NCBI GenBank assembly: GCA_051277025.1
Contig: JBNMPT010000001.1
Location: 32-64,031 of the forward strand
DNA length: 64,000 nt
Reading direction: 5' to 3'
Source of the DNA: Roseivirga sp.
GTDB lineage: Bacteria; Bacteroidota; Bacteroidia; Flavobacteriales; Schleiferiaceae
A program made the translations under genes and the position numbers. A model generated the notes under the pieces. That model was not told the origin of the DNA. It ran no database searches and was given only the letters and a program-made list of their open reading frames with translations. Positions 58,757 through 64,000 of this stretch are shown here, in pieces (within the stretch, counting starts at the first letter, position 1; every line of letters starts with the position of its first letter).

Positions 58757-60835
58757 TCAATACCTAGCTAGTTCTCTCAGCTTCGCTGCTACTTTTTCAG
58801 CACTGGGAACCATAGTTGCCTCTAAAACACTATTGAGAGGAATCGCTGGCATGTTTTCCGATCCTATTACCATTACCGGGGCATCCAAATATTCAAAAAC
58901 TTCTTGCTGCAGCCAGCCTGCAATTCCTTGTGCAAAGCCATTTCTTTCTGGCTCTTCCGTTACTATAAGGACTTTATTATGCTTTTTCGCGCGCTCAATC
59001 ATTAATTCTTCATCCAATGGATAAAGAGTTCTTAAATCTAGCACCTCAACTTTATTATCAAGCGCTTCGCTCGCCGCTTTTGCCCAATAAACTCCCATGC
59101 CATAAGTAATAACTAAGAGGCTTTCATTTGCTTCTATGCTTTTATCACTTGCCGGATAGGCAATTCTACCTTTACCAAAAGGAATTACATAGTCTTCATC
59201 GGGTTCAATAGTTTTAGCATCTTCAGTACCCTTAACCTTACTCCAATACAAGCCTTTGTGCTCGAGCATCACTACTGGGTTAGGATCGTAATATGCCGCC
59301 TTCATCAGTCCTTTTAAATCGGCACCTGTGCTGGGGTAGGCAATTTTAATTCCTCTAATATTGGTAAGGATACTTTCTACACTTGAAGAGTGATAAGGAC
59401 CACCACTACCGTAGGCGCCAATTGGTACGCGAATAACAGCACTAACTGGCCATTTTCCATTAGATAGGTAGTTACTGCGGCTAACCTCACTAAAAAGCTG
59501 ATTAAGGCCTGGCCAGATATAGTCTGCAAATTGCACTTCTACAAATGGCTTAAGACCAACAGCACTCATTCCTACCGTGCTTCCGATTATAAAAGCTTCT
59601 TGAATAGGGGTATTAAAAACGCGATCGTCCCCAAATTTTTGGGCTAGGGTTGCTGCTTCTCTAAATACACCACCTAATCTACCGCCCACATCTTGTCCGT
59701 ACAACAATGCCTCAGGCTCTGCACGCATGATCTCTTGAATTGCAAAGAGGGCCGCATCAACCATAACGGTTTTCTCTTTGCCCTTAGGGCTGCGTTCGCC
59801 TTTTTCTTCTGTAATAGGAGTCGGGGCGAAGTCGTGGGTAAAAAGATCACTCGGCTCTGGGTCTGGTTCTAGTAAGGCTCTTTGGTAATCGGCATTAACT
59901 ACCTCACCTTGCTCAGCGTATATTTTATTTAACTCGTCTTCTGTTAAACCTTTATCAATAAGTTCCTTCCATAGCTTTGGAAAAGGGTCGCGGGTGGCAT
60001 GCTCCTCTAAATCGTCGCGATACAACTCTTTGCGCACTCCTGAGGTATGATGCCCTAAAAGCGGAACTTTAGCATGCACTAGGAAAGGGCGTCGTTCTTT
60101 ACGGATAATTTCTAAAACCTCTTGTATGGTTTCATAAGACTCTATAAAGTCACTACCGTCAATACTTCTAGTTTCTATTCCATGAAAGCCTTGCGCATAC
60201 TCCGCTGCGTTTTGTGCCCGTGTTTCGGTGACATTCGCAGAGATATCCCAATCATTATCCTGAACCAAATAAAGAATAGGTAATTGCTTTAAAGCCGCCA
60301 TTTGCAAGGCTTCGGAAATCTCTCCTTCTGTCATCGCTGCATCACCAAGCGAACAAACCGCTAAAGGGCTTTCACCGGGTGTATTTAAGTTGAATAGCTC
60401 GCGATAACGAATACCCATTGCGATACCCGTTGATGGAATTGCTTGCATACCCGTTGCAGAAGACTGATGCGGGATTTTAGGTTTATCGTCGTCTTTTAAA
60501 CTGGGGTGACAATAGTAGGTACGACCACCGCTGAAGGGGTCATTCTTCTTAGCCAACAACTGCAGCATTAAATCGAAAGGCTGCATTCCTATTCCTAAAA
60601 GAATAGAATCGTCGCGGTAATAGGGCGATATAAAATCGCAAGGCAGTAAATTTAATGCGCAAGCCAACTGTATCGCCTCATGTCCGCGAGAGGTGGCATG
60701 CACATATTTAGCCGTAACATCTTTATTTTCCTCAAAGAGTTCTGCCATTTGTTTGGCAGTACTCATCAGGCGAAAAGCCTTAACTAATAGTTCTTGTGTG
60801 AGATTATTTTGCTTGGCATTTTCGCTTGCGGACAT
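58757..60835 (-). CDS. Fused 2-oxoacid dehydrogenase E1 alpha/beta (start probably ATG 60835)
   Basis: TSRGHEA, PYYRD, GDAAMTEG..E..NDW TPP motif, YGQDVG..GGVFR, FNTPIQE, EVQFADY, DLRTL. Confidence 0.93.
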   Translation of the reverse strand: MSASENAKQNNLTQELLVKAFRLMSTAKQMAELFEENKDVTAKYVHATSRGHEAIQLACALNLLPCDFISPYYRDDSILLGIGMQPFDLMLQLLAKKNDPFSGGRTYYCHPSLKDDDKPKIPHQSSATGMQAIPSTGIAMGIRYRELFNLNTPGESPLAVCSLGDAAMTEGEISEALQMAALKQLPILYLVQDNDWDISANVTETRAQNAAEYAQGFHGIETRSIDGSDFIESYETIQEVLEIIRKERRPFLVHAKVPLLGHHTSGVRKELYRDDLEEHATRDPFPKLWKELIDKGLTEDELNKIYAEQGEVVNADYQRALLEPDPEPSDLFTHDFAPTPITEEKGERSPKGKEKTVMVDAALFAIQEIMRAEPEALLYGQDVGGRLGGVFREAATLAQKFGDDRVFNTPIQEAFIIGSTVGMSAVGLKPFVEVQFADYIWPGLNQLFSEVSRSNYLSNGKWPVSAVIRVPIGAYGSGGPYHSSSVESILTNIRGIKIAYPSTGADLKGLMKAAYYDPNPVVMLEHKGLYWSKVKGTEDAKTIEPDEDYVIPFGKGRIAYPASDKSIEANESLLVITYGMGVYWAKAASEALDNKVEVLDLRTLYPLDEELMIERAKKHNKVLIVTEEPERNGFAQGIAGWLQQEVFEYLDAPVMVIGSENMPAIPLNSVLEATMVPSAEKVAAKLRELARY

Positions 60836-60931
60836 AGAACAATTTTTAGGTTGGCAAATATCGTAAACAATAGCCAAGCACAGCTGATTTCTGTGCTTGG
60901 ATTAAAAAAGGCCTCCATGCAAATAGGTCCC

Positions 60932-61900
60932 CTATTCTGGTTTATCACCAAAATCGTAGGTAAAACCAATGCTTAATACCTGACGAAACTGTGAGCGCGG
61001 AACGTCGACTGTCAACTGATTATCGTCTAAATCAAACTTAACATCGTGATCATAGATATAAGCCAAGGCTAGATTGGCTTTGATGTTCTTATTAACGGTA
61101 AAGTTAAAGATTAACTCACTATTGATATCAATTAGAGTGGCATCTTCCAAATAATTAGAAAACATATCTACCCGGGCCTGTAGGTCTACTCCCTTCAAAA
61201 TCTTTCGGGTATAGGCAAGATTCAAGTAACCCCCAATTTCTACGCGAGCCGTTTCACCTGAATCCACACCATATGCACCAAGCTCGGAAAGACTTTCAAC
61301 CGTTACAAAAGTAGATTTTGAAGTGGCAGGAGATAAGAAAGCTGTAAAACGTTTATTGGGCTTATAAGTAGCTCCTAAACCCACTAACAGATAACCCGGA
61401 GCCATGAAGTCTGATATTCTCAATTCATCGTCAGACTCACCAGGATTTGCAAAACCGGGCATAAACTGAGTACGAAAATTTAAGAAAGCACTGTAATTCC
61501 ACTTCTTGTTCTTAAGATAATCTAAACGCGTTTCCAGCTCAATTCTATCGTCTGTCTTATTGAATATTGTGTCTTGATAATTAAGACCATAAGCCAAGAG
61601 AACACGGTTATTCCAAATCCATTTTGTATCGCTTTGATAGTTGGCAAAAGCACCGAAAACAGAATTCCCCGCCATAGAATTTATTCCCCCCGCTTGCCAA
61701 TTGCTATAAGCTGCTTGGCTAAACTGAAGTCCTAAATTCCCTCCGGTCTTCCAGTGGCTAGAATCGGCTAGTTCCTTACCCAGTTTTGCATCCGACTCCA
61801 CTCGGAAACTCTGAACGTTTTCATCCTTAGAAAGGTCAGGGCTTTGACCTATCAGTGCTGAACCGCTAAGAAGTAGGCTAAATATCAAAGCTGTTTTCAT
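60932..61900 (-). CDS. DUF3078 outer membrane protein
   Basis: WKTGG..FSQ...NWQAGG, KTDDRIEL, FRTQFMPGF. Confidence 0.85.
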   Translation of the reverse strand: MKTALIFSLLLSGSALIGQSPDLSKDENVQSFRVESDAKLGKELADSSHWKTGGNLGLQFSQAAYSNWQAGGINSMAGNSVFGAFANYQSDTKWIWNNRVLLAYGLNYQDTIFNKTDDRIELETRLDYLKNKKWNYSAFLNFRTQFMPGFANPGESDDELRISDFMAPGYLLVGLGATYKPNKRFTAFLSPATSKSTFVTVESLSELGAYGVDSGETARVEIGGYLNLAYTRKILKGVDLQARVDMFSNYLEDATLIDINSELIFNFTVNKNIKANLALAYIYDHDVKFDLDDNQLTVDVPRSQFRQVLSIGFTYDFGDKPE

Positions 61901-61917
61901 ATGACTTTTTTGTTAAG

Positions 61918-62688
61918 TTACTTTTTCTTGAACGACTGAATGGCCTTTCTGGTAAATTCTGACAAAACCAACTCTCCACTGATCGCTGCACGATCGGCTA
62001 AAAGCTGATCCCAGTTTTCCGAGCCTTGCCAAAACACTTTTTTTAGTTGGCGCATAGCCGCTGGATTAAAGCCTTTCAAGCGATTTACTAAAGCGGCTAT
62101 TTCATTGTCCATCTCGGCTATTGTTTCGTCAAGGTGATAGTATAAACCCCGCTGATGGGCCCATTCAGCATCGCGCCATTCGGTGGCATTTATCGCTAAT
62201 TCACTCATCCCGCTAAGGCCTATTTTACGTTCAACCGCTGGGCCAACTACAAAGGGCCCGATACCGACGGCAAGCTCACTCAGCTTAACGGAGGCATGTT
62301 TAGTGGCAAAACAATAATCTACCGAGGAGGCTAAACCGACCGCACCACCGACTGCTTTGCCATGTACGCGCCCAATAATAAATTTAGGACACTTCCGCAT
62401 GGCATTAATAACATTGGCAAAGCCGCTAAAAAACTTCTTACCCTGCTCTATATCTGCAATAGACATCAACTCATCGAAAGACGCCCCCGCACAAAAAGCG
62501 CGCTCACCTGCAGATTTCAGCAAGATCACTTTTACTTCCTCATCCTGTCCTGCCGCTGTTATTGCCTCGGCTAATTCTTTAAGCAAGCGACTTGGTAAAG
62601 AATTGGAAAGTGGATGAAAAAACTCGATTTCCGCAAGACCATCTTGCCCAACGCTTTTTATATATCCTTGATTTATTGCTTCTGTCAT
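61918..62688 (-). CDS. Enoyl-CoA hydratase/isomerase (start probably ATG 62688)
   Basis: AFCAGASFDE, AVGGAVG, LSELAVGIGP; TAACTTTG -7 box at 62703-62710. Confidence 0.92.
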   Translation of the reverse strand: MTEAINQGYIKSVGQDGLAEIEFFHPLSNSLPSRLLKELAEAITAAGQDEEVKVILLKSAGERAFCAGASFDELMSIADIEQGKKFFSGFANVINAMRKCPKFIIGRVHGKAVGGAVGLASSVDYCFATKHASVKLSELAVGIGPFVVGPAVERKIGLSGMSELAINATEWRDAEWAHQRGLYYHLDETIAEMDNEIAALVNRLKGFNPAAMRQLKKVFWQGSENWDQLLADRAAISGELVLSEFTRKAIQSFKKK

Positions 62689-62760
62689 ATTTGAGATTTC
62701 CACAAAGTTAAGCCTATTTAAAAAAATTTCAGGGCGATGGCAACTGTTTAAAGGTTTGCG

Positions 62761-62865
62761 GAGATTACCGCACTGTGCTTACAATGGCGAGGGTGTTAGG
62801 AAGAGGTATGCGCGATGAGGATTGTGGTAGGAGTGTTGAGATTGCCGCGCTGCGTTCGCAATTAC
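62761..62865. repeat. Two copies of a ~28-bp REP-like element (GAGATTRCCGCRCTGYGYTYRCAAT); others at 28313-28344 and 52634-52660
   Basis: GAGATTACCGCACTGTGCTTACAATGGC (62761), GAGATTGCCGCGCTGCGTTCGCAATTAC (62838), AGATTACCGTGCTGCACTCGCAATGAC (52634), GAGATTGCTTCGTCCTGCGTCCTTACAATCAC (28313). Confidence 0.6.
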
Positions 62866-62882
62866 AAGGCGTGAGGACGCAG

Positions 62883-62922
62883 AAAAAAGCGAGCACAGCA
62901 CCGTAAAGGGCGCTGTGCTCGC
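62883..62922 (-). terminator. Intrinsic terminator after paaZ
   Basis: A6-GCGAGCACAGC...GCTGTGCTCGC, 11-bp stem. Confidence 0.85.
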
Positions 62923-62955
62923 AATAACAAAATCACTACCAATAAGTAATCCTCT

Positions 62956-64000
62956 TTAGCTTGTTTGGTCGCGCTTTTTTACCATCGTGAGGATAGTCGC
63001 TAGGGCCACTGTTTCGCCTTCTTCATCGTATACGTCTACATTAAACTTTACAATGCCTTTGGCAATATCCTCTTCCGTGCGCTTCTCCTGGTCAATTTTC
63101 TCTTTCACGGTAAATTTAACACCGATGGTCATGCCGGGGTACACTGGTTTGGTAAAACGACATTCGTCAATTCCGTAGTTTAAGAGCACGGGACCCTTAC
63201 GGGGGTCTACAAACATACCGGCTGCTTTTGCCAGTACATAATAACCGTGCGCTACCTTGCCTTCAAAAATGGTTCCCTCCAAAGAGGTCGCATCGACGTG
63301 GGCATAGAAGTTATCGCCGCTAACCTGAGCGAAACTGGCAATGTCTGCATCGGTTACGGTATGACGATGGGTGTAAACGGTTTCACCCACTTTTAGCTCT
63401 TCAAAATGCTGACGGAACAAATGCTTCTCACTCTCGGGACGAGAGGCACCTGGCTGATATATTTGCGTTATTTCTGTAATTGTATCGGGGTGACCCTGAA
63501 TAGCGGTACGCTGTAAATAGTGCAGTACACCGCGCATTCCGCCCATTTCTTCACCGCCACCAGCACGACCTGGTCCACCGTGAGATAATAGTGGCATCGG
63601 TGATCCATGACCGGTGCTTTCTTTGGCACTTTTAGCATTTAACACTAAAATCCTACCGTGCATATGCGCCGCTTCCACCACATATTCACGACCAATTTTA
63701 TCGTCGGCTGTAATAATGGAACTCACTAAAGAACCTTTACCCATATTGGCTAATTCGGCTGCTTGCGCAAGATCCGTATAAGGCATTAAGGTTGAAACAG
63801 GGCCAAAACATTCTACTTCATGAACATCGGTGTTTTTAAAAGGATCAGAATTTAAAAACAAGGTTGGACTAACAAAAGCACCTTTGTTTTTATCGGCCCC
63901 AATAACATCAAAGTCGCGTAAATCGCCATATACCACTTCTTGCGAAAGCTTAAGACGTTCAATATTTTCCTGCAAGCGTTCCACCTGTACCATCGCGGCT
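62956..64000 (-). CDS. paaZ: Phenylacetate degradation bifunctional PaaZ, 3' part (ALDH C-terminus + MaoC hydratase); 5' part lies outside the window
   Basis: ECFGPV, ESTGHGSPMP..HGGPGRAGGGEE.GG, SGDNFYAH, AHGYYVL. Confidence 0.93.
   Translation of the reverse strand, partial: AAMVQVERLQENIERLKLSQEVVYGDLRDFDVIGADKNKGAFVSPTLFLNSDPFKNTDVHEVECFGPVSTLMPYTDLAQAAELANMGKGSLVSSIITADDKIGREYVVEAAHMHGRILVLNAKSAKESTGHGSPMPLLSHGGPGRAGGGEEMGGMRGVLHYLQRTAIQGHPDTITEITQIYQPGASRPESEKHLFRQHFEELKVGETVYTHRHTVTDADIASFAQVSGDNFYAHVDATSLEGTIFEGKVAHGYYVLAKAAGMFVDPRKGPVLLNYGIDECRFTKPVYPGMTIGVKFTVKEKIDQEKRTEEDIAKGIVKFNVDVYDEEGETVALATILTMVKKRDQTS

Noticed and set aside
62956-64000. Functional link between paaZ and the PaaE-like reductase domain of the fusion
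   Set aside because: 55 kb apart and in different genomic contexts; the FNR-ferredoxin fold is generic
1-64000. CRISPR array, tRNA or rRNA genes
   Set aside because: No regularly spaced direct repeats, cloverleaf or rRNA-like sequence seen

Overview
The window comes from a Bacteroidota chromosome, probably a marine Flavobacteriales (T9SS cargo proteins, TAnnTTTG -7 promoters, accC-accB-fabH-plsX-rpmF and asnS/rpoN/lysS/mutS2/paaZ backbone). From ~14.2 kb onward it is mostly housekeeping genes with a few accessory genes and several copies of an IS982-type MITE. The first ~13.6 kb is an accessory island bounded by IS982/IS4 remnants. On + it carries two TPR-TM class III adenylate cyclases and an MBL-fold (phosphodiesterase-like) hydrolase. 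Converging on them from - is a three-gene operon: a TauE/SafE-type membrane protein, an atypical Ser/Thr kinase, and a 1297-aa fusion. The fusion contains two cyclic-nucleotide-binding domains, a MalA-like flavin-dependent halogenase with a Cys4 zinc ribbon, and an FNR-type FAD/NAD(P)H reductase with a [2Fe-2S] ferredoxin. An A12 tract sits exactly at the halogenase/reductase junction, and both shifted frames stop at once. The best candidate for an undescribed system is this putative second-messenger-gated, self-sufficient halogenase module. All family calls come from motif recognition by eye; no database searches were run.
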